Positions 8,530-18,107 of a DNA stretch of 64,000 bases are shown here, piece after piece. Location: positions 128,001 through 192,000 of the forward strand of contig CAVXGR010000013.1 in assembly GCA_963761335.1 (NCBI GenBank). Reading direction: 5' to 3'. The DNA comes from an uncultured delta proteobacterium (GTDB lineage: Bacteria; Desulfobacterota; Binatia; HRBIN30; BPIQ01). Every line of letters begins with the position of its first letter. Position 1 is the first letter of the stretch. Both the position numbers and the translations under genes were made by a program. The notes under the pieces are model-generated. The model did no database searches. It saw nothing but the letters and a program-made list of their open reading frames with translations, and was not told the DNA's origin.

Positions 8530-10107
8530 ATGAGCGTCGCGGAGCTGATTGCGGCGATGCGCCGCCCGGAGATCTATCCGCATCGGCCGCCGCGGGTCGA
8601 TCTGCTGCAGACGCACATCTCCTACGTCTTCCTCGCCGGCGATCAGGTCTACAAGATCAAGAAAGCGGTGCGCTTCAGCTTCCTCGACTTCTCGACGCTC
8701 GAGCAGCGCCTGCATTTCTGCCGCGAGGAGGTGCGCCTCAACCGCCGGCTGGCCGGTGACGTCTACCGGGGCATCGTCTCAATCGTCGCCGACGGCGCCG
8801 GCGGCTATCGGCTGGACGCCGAAGACGCGGACGGCGCGCTCGAGTACGCGGTGCACATGCGCCGCCTGCCGGAGGACCGCCTTCTCGATCACCTGCTCGC
8901 CAACGATCAGGCCACGCCGGAGATGATCGATCTGGCGGCGGCGCGTCTCGCCGCCTTTCACCGCGACGCCGCCACCGGAAACGATATCAGCGCCAACGGC
9001 TCGGCCGACGCCCTGCGCGCCATCATGAGCGACAACTTCTTAGGCGTACGCCGGTTTCGCGGCACCACCATTTCCGCCGCTGACGACGATGCGATCCAGG
9101 GTTTCTGCGGCGACTTTCTGCAGAGGGAGACGGCCCTCCTGCAGCGCCGGCAGGCCGGTGGGCGCATTCGCGACGGCCACGGGGACCTGCACGCCGAGCA
9201 CCTCTGCTTCGCGGACGAGCTGATCATCTTCGACTGCGTCGAGTTCAACCCCCGCTTTCGCTACTGCGACGTGGCCTCGGATATCGCCTTTCTCGCCATG
9301 GACCTCGAGTATCACGGCCACGAGGAGCTGGCGGATCGGCTGCTGCGCCGCTACGAGGAGCTGAGCGGCGATCGGGAGCTGGCGCCGCTGATGCCGTTCT
9401 ATCTGTGCTATCGAGCCTACGTCCGCGGCAAGGTTGGCAGTCTCACCAGCGCCGAGAAGGAGGTCAGCGAGGCCGAGAGACGCGAGGCCCTCGACAGTGC
9501 TCGCCGCCACTTCGCCCTCGCCTGCCGGTACGTGTGGAGAGCGCGGCCGATGCTGGTGATGTTCAGCGGCCTCAGCGGCAGCGGCAAATCGACGATTGCC
9601 GCTGCGCTGGCCCAGCGCACCGGCTTCACAGTGATCAGCTCCGACGTGATTCGCAAACAGCTGGCCGGCGTTCCCCTCGAGTCCCGTCCCGCCGAGCACG
9701 GCCTCGATCTGTACACCGCCGAGCAGAACGCGCGCACCTACGAGACCATGCACCAGCGGTGCGCGCAGGAGCTCGCCTGCGGTCGCGGGGTGATTCTCGA
9801 CGCCACCTACCAGCGGCGCGCCCACCGCGCGATTCCCCGCGCCTTGGCGACGGCGGCCGCTGTGCCCCTGCTGATGATCGAGTGTCGCTGTGGCGAAGAC
9901 GAGATGCGACGTCGCCTGCACAGCCGTAGCCAAGCTGGACGGGGGCCCTCGGACGCGGACTGGGGCGTGCACCTGGAGCAGCGGCAGCAGTACGAGCCGT
10001 TTTCGACGGAAGAAGAGAGCCTGCATCTCGTCATCGACACGGCGCAACCCGTGTCGCCGGTGGTGCAGGCGATCGAGTCCGCGATGAGGAGACGATTGGC
10101 TTTCTGA
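8530..10107 (+). CDS. APH-like kinase domain fused to AAA_33 P-loop kinase (Rv2004c-like)
   Basis: 'THISYVFL', 'YKIKK', 'GHGDLH', 'DCVEFN', 'DVASDIAFLAMDL'; P-loop 'GLSGSGKST'. Confidence 0.88.
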   Translation: MSVAELIAAMRRPEIYPHRPPRVDLLQTHISYVFLAGDQVYKIKKAVRFSFLDFSTLEQRLHFCREEVRLNRRLAGDVYRGIVSIVADGAGGYRLDAEDADGALEYAVHMRRLPEDRLLDHLLANDQATPEMIDLAAARLAAFHRDAATGNDISANGSADALRAIMSDNFLGVRRFRGTTISAADDDAIQGFCGDFLQRETALLQRRQAGGRIRDGHGDLHAEHLCFADELIIFDCVEFNPRFRYCDVASDIAFLAMDLEYHGHEELADRLLRRYEELSGDRELAPLMPFYLCYRAYVRGKVGSLTSAEKEVSEAERREALDSARRHFALACRYVWRARPMLVMFSGLSGSGKSTIAAALAQRTGFTVISSDVIRKQLAGVPLESRPAEHGLDLYTAEQNARTYETMHQRCAQELACGRGVILDATYQRRAHRAIPRALATAAAVPLLMIECRCGEDEMRRRLHSRSQAGRGPSDADWGVHLEQRQQYEPFSTEEESLHLVIDTAQPVSPVVQAIESAMRRRLAF

Positions 10108-10120
10108 GGGAGGTGGGGCG

Positions 10121-10903
10121 ATGGCACGACGACGAAAGGCGAAAGAACCGCCGCGGCCGGCACGCGCCCGGCGCACCCGGCGGCCGGGCATCCTCCCTGG
10201 ACAGCGCCCCGTCCCGGTCGCCGGGCAGCCAACCGAGGACGAGAGGCTGCTCGGCGCGCCCGCCGTCAAGGACTTCACCGAGACCGATCCCTGGCGGGTC
10301 TTCCGAATCCTCGGCGAGTTCGTCGAAGGCTTCGACGCGTTGTCTCACGTCACTCGCGCCGTCGCCGTTTTCGGTTCGGCGAGGTCGCGCCGCAACCAGC
10401 GAGAGTATCAGGCGGCGGTGCGTACCACGCAGCTCCTCGGCGAAGCGGGCTTCGCGGTGATCACCGGGGGCGGTCCGGGGATCATGGAAGCGGCGAATCG
10501 CGGGGCGCGCCTCGCCAAGGCGCTGTCCATCGGCTGCAACATCGAGCTGCCGTACGAGCAACGGCCCAATGACTACCTCGATGTGATGCTGCACTTCCGC
10601 TACTTCTTCGTCCGCAAGATGATGTTCGTGAAGTACTCGCTCGGCTTTCTCATCTTCCCCGGCGGCTTCGGTACGCTCGACGAGCTGTTCGAGGCGTTGA
10701 CGCTGATCCAGACGCACAGGATCCACCAGTTCCCCGTGGTGCTCTACGACTCGCGCTACTGGCGCGGGCTGGTCGATTGGCTGCGCACGCGGGTGCGCCG
10801 CGAAGGCAAGATCTCCGCCGGCGACTTCGGCTGCTTCTATCTCACCGACTCGCCGGAGGATGCGGTTGCGCACCTCCTGCGGACTTGCCCGGAGAAGAAT
10901 TAG
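10121..10903 (+). CDS. LOG family nucleotide phosphoribohydrolase (TIGR00730)
   Basis: 'VFGSAR', 'TGGGPGIMEAAN', 'PGGFGTLDE'. Confidence 0.9.
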   Translation: MARRRKAKEPPRPARARRTRRPGILPGQRPVPVAGQPTEDERLLGAPAVKDFTETDPWRVFRILGEFVEGFDALSHVTRAVAVFGSARSRRNQREYQAAVRTTQLLGEAGFAVITGGGPGIMEAANRGARLAKALSIGCNIELPYEQRPNDYLDVMLHFRYFFVRKMMFVKYSLGFLIFPGGFGTLDELFEALTLIQTHRIHQFPVVLYDSRYWRGLVDWLRTRVRREGKISAGDFGCFYLTDSPEDAVAHLLRTCPEKN

Positions 10904-10995
10904 ACGGACGCCCCGAGTAGAATCGGCGTCTCGCCGCTTCGAAAGCGCCGGGACGGCGCTTCTACTTTGGTTTTGAGACCCCTTCGGGGTACGCT

Positions 10996-12996
10996 CTACT
11001 CGATCGGCGACCGGGAGCGCCGGCGCAGCACCAGGCCGAGCAGCGGCAGAAGCAGCATGAGCGTCTGACCCGCGCCATCACCCCGGGACGCGGCGGCGCC
11101 GATGGAGCAACCGCCACCACCACCCCCGATCACCGCCGAGGTGTGCACCGGGCTCGGGCTCGGGCTCGGCGACGGCGTTGCCATCACGCAGGTGTGTGAG
11201 ATCGGATCGCACACGCGTCCCGACGAGCAGTCGCCGCTGGTCGTGCAGGACATGGGCGTCCGTGTGCCGCTGGGGGTCGCCGCTGCCGTCCGCGTGGGGC
11301 TCGGCATCGACGGTGCGGTGGCGGTGGGTGGGACCAAGGTCTGCGTCGGCATCTGCGAGGGAGTGCGCGTCGGCGTGTCCGGCGAGCCGGAGGTTGCCGT
11401 CGGCGTCACCGACCCCGCCTGCGGAGTGACCGTGGAGGTCGACGCCGCGGTGGCCGTGGCGGTCCGCACCGTCGCGGTCTCGGTCGGCAAGGACGTCGGC
11501 GTTTCCGTGGCGACCGCCGTCGCGGTGATCGTCGGCGTGCTCGACGGCGCCGCGGTCGCCGTATCGGTGGGCGTCGGGGTAGGCGGGCAATCCTGCAGGT
11601 CGGCGCGGTTCTCGACCACGAAGATATCCCGGTTCCCGCCGACGTCATTGGGGACGAGATCGGATGCCGTCGACTCGAAGGCGATCCAGTGGCCGTCGCG
11701 GCTGATGACCGGGTTGACACTGTCGCCGTTCGCTTGGGTCAGCACCGTCGCCATGCTGACCCGACAGGTCTGATTGCTGGCGCGGTCGCGCACGTAGATA
11801 TTGCTCCGTCCCCCGGTGTTGGTGGAAAGGTTCGGCAGGAGGTTGGTAGCGTTCGACGCGAAGACGACCCAGCGGCCGTCGGCGCTGATGCTCGGGCTGG
11901 TGCTGGCGCCGTTGCCGCCGGTGCCAAAGGTGTTGACGCTGATGCGCTCCGTGGTGCCGGCGGCGCGATCGCGGACGAACACGTCGGTGGTGCCGTTGGT
12001 GTCGCCCGGGACGAGGTTCGAGACGGCGGACTCGAAGGCGACCAGCGATCCGTCGGCGTTCAATGACGGCGGAAAGAGCGACCCCTGGCTGTCGGCGGAG
12101 TTGCTGGAGGTACCGGCGGCGTTCACCGAGATACGCTCCGTGAAGGGGGGGTCGGCGCAGAGGTCGCGCGCATAGACGTCCAGGTGCTCGTCGGTGTCCT
12201 GCCCCTGGGGAACCAGCTGGCGGCTGGAGGAGACGAAGGCGACGACGCAGCCGTCGCCGCTGATCCCGGGGGCGAAGGCGGGCTCGGGATCCATGGTGAC
12301 CAGGCGCTTGCTGACCAGCTGCACGATGTTGGTGTCGCGGTCGAACACATAGGCGTCGGCGATCGGGCCGGTGTGCGGATCATCGGCCGTCAGCTTGGCG
12401 GCGGTCTCGAAGGCGACCCAGCGACCGTCGGTGCTCATCGACGGGGGGATCTCCCGGGTATTTCCCGGAACCCCGACGCCGCTGTTGGTCACGCTGACGC
12501 GGGTGGTGGTGTCGTCGGCGCGGTTGCGCACGAACACGTCGGAGCTGCCGTTGGTGTCATTGCCGGGGCCGAGGAGGTTGGTGGCGGCCGACCCGAAGGC
12601 GACGAGCTGACCATCGCCGCTGATGGTGGCCGGGAAGCTGCTATTGTTGCCGACGCAGGTGTTGTCGCCGGCACAGGGGAGGGTGCTCTGGCTGACCCGT
12701 TCCGTCACTCCCGTGTCGAGGTCATGGACATAGATGTCGAACTGGGTGTTGTCGGCGAGAGGTGTCGTAAGGTTGGTGGCGTCGGACTTGAAGGCAACGA
12801 CTCGGCCGTCGGCGCTGATCGCAGCAAAGAAGCTGTCGCTGTTGGCGGCGACACCGTCGCTGTTCACCGACACCCGGGTGATCTCCTGGGCGGCAGCGGG
12901 CATCGCCAGAGCGGCGCACCAGAGCGCCCCTCCCCCCAGCAGAATCACTCGGCGGAACATCTTGCGGGGAATTCGTGCTCGGCGACTGCGGCGCAT
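10996..12996 (-). CDS. Secreted TolB-like/PD40 beta-propeller with Thr/Pro stalk, small Cys module and MYXO-CTERM-like anchor
   Basis: Signal peptide (..PAAA-Q); repeated 'ISADGRxVAFxSxAxNL..DTNG..DVFVRDR'; C-terminus 'GGGGGGCSIG...LMLLLPLLGLVLRRR'; GGAGG SD upstream. Confidence 0.8.
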   Translation of the reverse strand: MRRSRRARIPRKMFRRVILLGGGALWCAALAMPAAAQEITRVSVNSDGVAANSDSFFAAISADGRVVAFKSDATNLTTPLADNTQFDIYVHDLDTGVTERVSQSTLPCAGDNTCVGNNSSFPATISGDGQLVAFGSAATNLLGPGNDTNGSSDVFVRNRADDTTTRVSVTNSGVGVPGNTREIPPSMSTDGRWVAFETAAKLTADDPHTGPIADAYVFDRDTNIVQLVSKRLVTMDPEPAFAPGISGDGCVVAFVSSSRQLVPQGQDTDEHLDVYARDLCADPPFTERISVNAAGTSSNSADSQGSLFPPSLNADGSLVAFESAVSNLVPGDTNGTTDVFVRDRAAGTTERISVNTFGTGGNGASTSPSISADGRWVVFASNATNLLPNLSTNTGGRSNIYVRDRASNQTCRVSMATVLTQANGDSVNPVISRDGHWIAFESTASDLVPNDVGGNRDIFVVENRADLQDCPPTPTPTDTATAAPSSTPTITATAVATETPTSLPTETATVRTATATAASTSTVTPQAGSVTPTATSGSPDTPTRTPSQMPTQTLVPPTATAPSMPSPTRTAAATPSGTRTPMSCTTSGDCSSGRVCDPISHTCVMATPSPSPSPSPVHTSAVIGGGGGGCSIGAAASRGDGAGQTLMLLLPLLGLVLRRRSRSPIE

Positions 12997-13108
12997 GATC
13001 CACTTCCTCCCTTCAGGCGACGAACGCCCAACAAGGCTCCCTGCAGTACCACAAAACCCGCGCGAGCAACAAACCCGAATCTCGACGACGGTATCGGGAC
13101 AGGTCGCC

Positions 13109-13138
13109 TTGCGATAGCAGAAGCCCGCGGTCTATGGT
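13109..13138 (+). promoter_or_regulatory. Candidate sigma70 promoter for the gshA operon
   Basis: TTGCGA-N18-TATGGT, 24 nt upstream of ATG 13163. Confidence 0.35.
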
Positions 13139-13162
13139 CAGGCGCGAACGTTTCGCCCGTCC

Positions 13163-14551
13163 ATGTCCCAGTACGTGCCCGACGACAAGCCGCTGGTGCC
13201 GATCGAGCGGTTCGACCAGCTGGTCGCCGGATTCGAGGCCGGCTGCAAGCCGCGGGATCAGTGGCGGATCGGCACCGAGTACGAGAAGGTGTCGGTGCGC
13301 CCCGCCGACGGGCGCGCCGCTCCCTTTTCCGGTCCCAACGGCATCGAGCGGCTGCTCGAGATTCTGGCGGAGCGCTTCGACTGGGCTCCGGTCCGCGAGG
13401 ACCAGCGCCTGGTGGCACTGCGCCGCGAGGGGGCGTCGATCACCCTCGAGCCGGGGGCACAGCTCGAGCTCAGCGGCAAACCCTTCTCTTCGGTGCACCA
13501 AGCCGCCGGCGAGTTCCGCCGTCACCTGGACGAAATTCTGCAGATCGGCAACGAGCTGGGGATCGCCTTCCTGGGGCTCGGCATCCAGCCGATCAGCCGC
13601 CTCGACGAGATCGAGATGGTGCCGAAGCGGCGCTATCGGATCATGGCGCCGTACATGCAGCGCGTCGGCCGTCTAGGCTTGCGGATGATGAAGCAGACGG
13701 CAACCGTGCAGGTGAACTTCGACTTCGAGAGCGAGGCCGATGCCATGCAGAAGATGCGCGTCGGCATGGGGATCACCCCGCTGGTATCGGCGATGTTCGC
13801 CAACTCGCCGATCTCGGACGGCGACCTGAACGGCTATCTCACCTATCGCGGCCACGTGTGGACCGACACCGACGCCGACCGCTCCGGCCTGCTGCCATGG
13901 GTGTTCGCTCGCACCGCCAGCTTCGAGCGATACGTGGACTACGCACTCGACGTGCCCATGTACTTCATCGTCCGCGACGATTGGATCGACATGACCGCCT
14001 ACACCTTCCGCCGATTCCTGGAAGAGGGATACGCCGGTCATCGCGCCAGCATGGCGGACTGGACGACGCACCTCACCACTCTCTTCCCCGAGGTGAGGCT
14101 GAAGAGCTACATCGAGCTGCGCTCCGCCGACAGCCAGGCACCCGAGCAGATGCTGGCGCTCCCGGCGCTCGCCAAGGGAATCTTCTACGACGGCGACGCA
14201 TTGCTGGCGGCCTGGGACCTGGTGAGGGGCTGGTCCTGGGAGCAGCGATTGGGGGCCTGGGGCGACGCGCATCGCGCCGCCCTGGCGGCGCGCGTCGGTG
14301 GCATCTCCCTCCGCGACCTCTCCATGGAGCTTCTCGAGATCGCCCGCTACGGCCTCGGGCGGCAGCGCTGTCTCGACGAAAACGGCGACGACGAGTCGAT
14401 CTACCTGGCGCGGCTGCATGCGGCGGTGCGGCGCGGCGTCTGTCCCGCCGACGCGATTCGCGACAAATGGCTCGGCGAATGGAACCAGCAGGCCTCTCGG
14501 CTGGTGGCCGGCACGGCCTATCACCCCGACACGGCCCTGGCGGAGGTCTGA
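13163..14551 (+). CDS. gshA: Glutamate--cysteine ligase (plant/alphaproteobacterial type)
   Basis: 'IGTEYEK', 'TLEPGAQLELSG', 'MVPKRRYRIM', 'QVNFDF', 'HLTTLFPEVRLKSYIELRSAD'. Confidence 0.88.
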   Translation: MSQYVPDDKPLVPIERFDQLVAGFEAGCKPRDQWRIGTEYEKVSVRPADGRAAPFSGPNGIERLLEILAERFDWAPVREDQRLVALRREGASITLEPGAQLELSGKPFSSVHQAAGEFRRHLDEILQIGNELGIAFLGLGIQPISRLDEIEMVPKRRYRIMAPYMQRVGRLGLRMMKQTATVQVNFDFESEADAMQKMRVGMGITPLVSAMFANSPISDGDLNGYLTYRGHVWTDTDADRSGLLPWVFARTASFERYVDYALDVPMYFIVRDDWIDMTAYTFRRFLEEGYAGHRASMADWTTHLTTLFPEVRLKSYIELRSADSQAPEQMLALPALAKGIFYDGDALLAAWDLVRGWSWEQRLGAWGDAHRAALAARVGGISLRDLSMELLEIARYGLGRQRCLDENGDDESIYLARLHAAVRRGVCPADAIRDKWLGEWNQQASRLVAGTAYHPDTALAEV

Positions 14552-14573
14552 CGGGCAAGCGCCAGGCTCCGCC

Positions 14574-15365
14574 ATGAGGCCAGCCCTGATCACCCTGCTC
14601 ACCGACTTCGGCACGGCGGACGCCTACGTCGGCCTGATGAAGGGGGTTATTCTCGGCCTGGCTCCGGATGCCCGTCTCGTCGATCTCACGCACGCGATCC
14701 CGCCGCAGAGCGTCGAGATCGGCGCTCTGGTGCTGCGCAGCGCCGTGCCGTACTTTCCCGAGGGCTCCATCCATCTCGCGGTCGTCGACCCCGGAGTGGG
14801 CTCGGGACGCGCCGCTGTGGCGGTGCAGACCCGGCGCGCCTGGTTCGTCGGACCGGACAACGGGCTGCTGGCTCCGGCCGCTGAAAGCGACGGCATCGAG
14901 CGCGTCATCGAGCTCCGCAACCCGCGCTATGGCCTCGCGGAAGTGAGCCACACCTTTCACGGTCGCGACGTCTTCGCGCCCGCGGCCGCGCACCTGGCGG
15001 CGGGGGTGGCTGCCGAGGAGCTCGGGCCGCCGCGGCCGCGGCTGGCACCCCTCGCGGGCGGCCAGGAGCCGCGCCGCCTCGAAGACGGCCTCGAGGGCGA
15101 GGTGATCTACGTCGATGGCTTTGGCAATCTGATCACCAACATCGGCGCCCGCGACCTGACTGACTTTCGCAGCCGAGCGGTTTCGGTTAGCATCGCGCAA
15201 TGCAGCTCGATCCCGCTGGTGTCGACGTACTCGGATGTCGCGGTCGGAGAGCCGGCCGCCCTCATCGGCAGCTGGAGCCAGCTGGAGATCGCTGTTCGCG
15301 GTGGCAGCGCGGCGCAGCACCTGGCTGCGGGACGCGGTACCTTCGTGCGGCTGATCGCGGAGTGA
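14574..15365 (+). CDS. SAM hydroxide adenosyltransferase (DUF62 / chlorinase-fluorinase superfamily)
   Basis: 'ITLLTDFG', 'VVDPGVGSGR', 'GPDNG', 'SHTFHGRDVFAP', 'VDGFGNLITN'. Confidence 0.9.
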   Translation: MRPALITLLTDFGTADAYVGLMKGVILGLAPDARLVDLTHAIPPQSVEIGALVLRSAVPYFPEGSIHLAVVDPGVGSGRAAVAVQTRRAWFVGPDNGLLAPAAESDGIERVIELRNPRYGLAEVSHTFHGRDVFAPAAAHLAAGVAAEELGPPRPRLAPLAGGQEPRRLEDGLEGEVIYVDGFGNLITNIGARDLTDFRSRAVSVSIAQCSSIPLVSTYSDVAVGEPAALIGSWSQLEIAVRGGSAAQHLAAGRGTFVRLIAE

Positions 15366-15372
15366 GCTCCTG

Positions 15373-16407
15373 ATGGAGATGCCCCGCCGCGAGCCAATGC
15401 CGGCGGAGTGGTACGCGCCGCCGCGCCCCGCGGTTCGTTCCAGGCGCCCGCCCCGCCTGCCATGGGTGCACCTCGGGCTCTTCGCCGCGACCTTCGCGAC
15501 CACGGCGATCGCCGGAGCCCTGCAGATGGGCGTCGACCCCTTCTCCGACCCCGCGGCGATCCGCGCCGGCTTCCCTTTTGCCGTGACCCTGATGACCATC
15601 CTGCTGGTGCACGAGCTGGGTCACTACTTCGTGGCCCGCTACCACGGCGTGCAGGCAACACTGCCCTACTTCATTCCGGCGCCGCCGCTGCCGGTGGGCA
15701 CCTTCGGCGCCTTCATCCGCATGAAGTCTCCGCCCGAGACGCGCCGGGCACTCTTCGACGTCGGTGCCGCCGGGCCCTGGGCGGGAATCATCTTTGCCAT
15801 TCCCGCGGTGATCATCGGCCTGCACCTCTCCACCGTCCATCTCGGGGCGAGCAGCGATGGTGGTCTGATTCTGGGCGACTCGCTGCTGTTCTCTCTGCTC
15901 ACGCGTCTGACCCTGGGAGTCACGCCCGAGACCGCGACGATCAGCCTGCATCCGATCGCCATGGCGGGTTGGTTCGGTTTCCTGGTGACCTTCCTCAATC
16001 TGCTCCCCGTCGGCCAGCTCGACGGGGGCCACGTCGCCTACGCCATGTTCGGCCGCTGGCACCGCTGGGTCTCGCGGCTGTTCGTCGGCGTCATCCTCGT
16101 GCTCGGCTTCAGCGGCTGGGCCGGCTGGTTCGTCTGGGCGATCCTGGTTTCGATCCTGGGGCTCGACCATCCGCCCACCGTCGACCTGGACACGGGTCTC
16201 GATCGCCGGCGGATGGTGGCGGCCTGGCTGACCGTGGGGGTCTTTATTCTCACCTTCATGCCGGTGCCGATCTCGGTGGTCGAGCCGCGGCAGCTGCCGC
16301 AGTTCGAGGGACCCGCCCTGCCCGTGCACACCCGCCCGCTACACGCACCCCATCCCGGTCCGCTGCCGTTCCCCGCGGGCTCCCTGCCGGAGGCGATCTC
16401 GGTATGA
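15373..16407 (+). CDS. Site-2 protease (M50) membrane metalloprotease
   Basis: 'HELGH', 'GTFGAFIRM', 'AGPWAG', 'NLLPVGQLDGGH'. Confidence 0.9.
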   Translation: MEMPRREPMPAEWYAPPRPAVRSRRPPRLPWVHLGLFAATFATTAIAGALQMGVDPFSDPAAIRAGFPFAVTLMTILLVHELGHYFVARYHGVQATLPYFIPAPPLPVGTFGAFIRMKSPPETRRALFDVGAAGPWAGIIFAIPAVIIGLHLSTVHLGASSDGGLILGDSLLFSLLTRLTLGVTPETATISLHPIAMAGWFGFLVTFLNLLPVGQLDGGHVAYAMFGRWHRWVSRLFVGVILVLGFSGWAGWFVWAILVSILGLDHPPTVDLDTGLDRRRMVAAWLTVGVFILTFMPVPISVVEPRQLPQFEGPALPVHTRPLHAPHPGPLPFPAGSLPEAISV

Positions 16408-16862
16408 GCGAGCGTTTGAGCTGGGACCAGTACTTCCTCACCATCACCCGTCAGGTCGCGGAGCGCTCCACCTGCGCCCGCGCCAAGGTCGGCGCGGTGA
16501 TCGTGCGCGACAAGAACATCCTGGCGACCGGCTACAACGGCAGCCCCGCCGGGCTGCCGCACTGTATCGACGTCGGCTGCCTCATCTATCGCTCGGTGAA
16601 TCCCTACGGAGAGGAAGAGGAGAACTGCTTCCGCACCATCCACGCCGAGATCAACGCCATCGCCCAGGCCGCAAAGAACGGCGCGCCAATTCGCGACGCC
16701 CACATCTACATCACCCACTCGCCCTGCATCCACTGCTTCAAGGTGCTGATCAACACCGGCATCACCCGCATCTGCTACGAGAAGGAATACAAGCTGCAGA
16801 CGCTCACCGAGTTTCGGCAGTACGCCGCCGTCGAGCTCGAGCGCGTCGACGTGCCCCGCTGA
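16404..16862 (+). CDS. dCMP deaminase (ComEB-like)
   Basis: 'WDQYF', 'RSTC', 'TGYNG', 'HAEINAI', 'PCIHC'; ATGA overlap with the upstream gene. Confidence 0.9.
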   Translation: MSERLSWDQYFLTITRQVAERSTCARAKVGAVIVRDKNILATGYNGSPAGLPHCIDVGCLIYRSVNPYGEEEENCFRTIHAEINAIAQAAKNGAPIRDAHIYITHSPCIHCFKVLINTGITRICYEKEYKLQTLTEFRQYAAVELERVDVPR

Positions 16863-16925
16863 GCCGTTGGGCCGCTTGCGCCACCGGTAGGGCGCGTGGA
16901 ATATGGGCCGAGGAGGCGCCTCCAC

Positions 16926-18024
16926 ATGGAACTGGCCGAGCTGAGAGAACGAGTCCCTGCGACCGAGGAGCGCATTGCTGCGCTCGGGAGGTATCTTTGA
17001 CGTCGCCAACCGCGAAGCTCGGCTGAAGGAGCTGGACGATCTCGCCGCCGATCCCGCATTCTGGAACGACAGTGAGAAGGCGCAGGGTCTGCTGAAGGAG
17101 CGCTCCGACCTCGCCGCACCGCTGGAGTCCTGGCGTCGCCAGGCGGAGGCCGTCGACGAGATCAAGATCTTCCTCGAGCTCGCCGAGGAAGGGCATGCGG
17201 ACGCGATCGGTGAGGCCGAGGGCAAGCTGCACGAGGTCGAGAAATCTCTCGACGCCATCGAGCTGCAACGCATGCTCGGCGGCGAGAACGATGCCGGCAA
17301 CGCCATCGTCAGCCTCCACCCGGGCGCCGGTGGCACCGAGGCGCAGGACTGGGCCGAGATGCTGCTGCGCATGTATCTGCGCTGGACCGAACGCCGCGGC
17401 TACAAAACAGAGATCGTGGAGTACCAGCCCGGTGAGGGCGCCGGGCTGAAGAGCGTCACCTTCACGGTCGAGGGGCCGTTCGCCTACGGCTATCTGCGGG
17501 CCGAGGCCGGGATTCACCGCCTGGTGCGCATCTCTCCGTTCGACGCCAATGCGCGGCGTCACACCTCCTTTGCCTCGGTCTTCGTCTTTCCCGAGGTCGA
17601 GGACGACGTCGAGATCGAGATCGACGAAGCGGATCTCCGCATCGACACCTATCGCTCCAGCGGCGCCGGCGGACAGCACGTCAACAAGACGGACTCCGCG
17701 GTGCGCATCACGCACATGCCCACCGGCATCGTCGTCGCCTGCCAGAACGAGCGCTCGCAGCACAAGAACCGCTCCATGGCGATGAAGATCCTGCGGGCTC
17801 GCCTGTACGAGCTCGAGAAGCAGAAGCAGCGGGAGAAGATGGACGAGCTGCACAAGACCAAGCGCGAGATCGCCTTCGGCAGCCAGATCCGCTCGTACGT
17901 GTTGCACCCGTACCGGATGGTGAAAGACCACCGCACGGGCGTGGAGGTGGGGAATGCGGATGCCGTCCTCGATGGCGATCTCGACCGTTTCATCGAGGCC
18001 TACCTGCACCAGATGGCGGCCTAG
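16926..18024 (+). CDS. prfB: Peptide chain release factor 2, with programmed +1 frameshift
   Basis: ATG 16926 frame ends at CTT-TGA-C (16995-17001); +1 frame carries SPF and GGQ motifs. Confidence 0.95.
16986..17001 (+). promoter_or_regulatory. prfB autoregulatory frameshift cassette
   Basis: Internal SD GGGAGG, TAT, slippery CTTTGAC. Confidence 0.93.
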
Positions 18025-18107
18025 TTGCCTCTCGAGGTGTCGCGCAGGCCTCGAGCCCGCCTGAAAAAGTTGTTTGTCCCCAGGTGTGCCCTGCAAACGT
18101 GCCGCTG

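Noticed and set aside
8530..10107. Aminoglycoside resistance gene
   Set aside because: The APH-like fold fused to a P-loop kinase is a widespread family without established resistance function.
10904..10995. ncRNA or riboswitch between LOG and the PD40 gene
   Set aside because: Only short hairpins (AAGCGCC..GGCGCTT, ACCCC-TTC-GGGGT), consistent with terminators of convergent genes; no recognisable RNA family.
12184..14577. 797-aa plus-strand ORF
   Set aside because: Antisense to the PD40 gene and then out of frame over gshA; Arg/Gly-rich with no recognisable domain.
14574..15365. Fluorinase or chlorinase
   Set aside because: It retains the DUF62-type D/R/H motifs (VVDPGVG..R, TFHGRD) of SAM hydrolases, and there is no biosynthetic cluster context.
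15373..16407. S2P protease as the sortase for the CTERM proteins
   Set aside because: It is an ordinary M50 protein in a housekeeping run; proximity is the only link.
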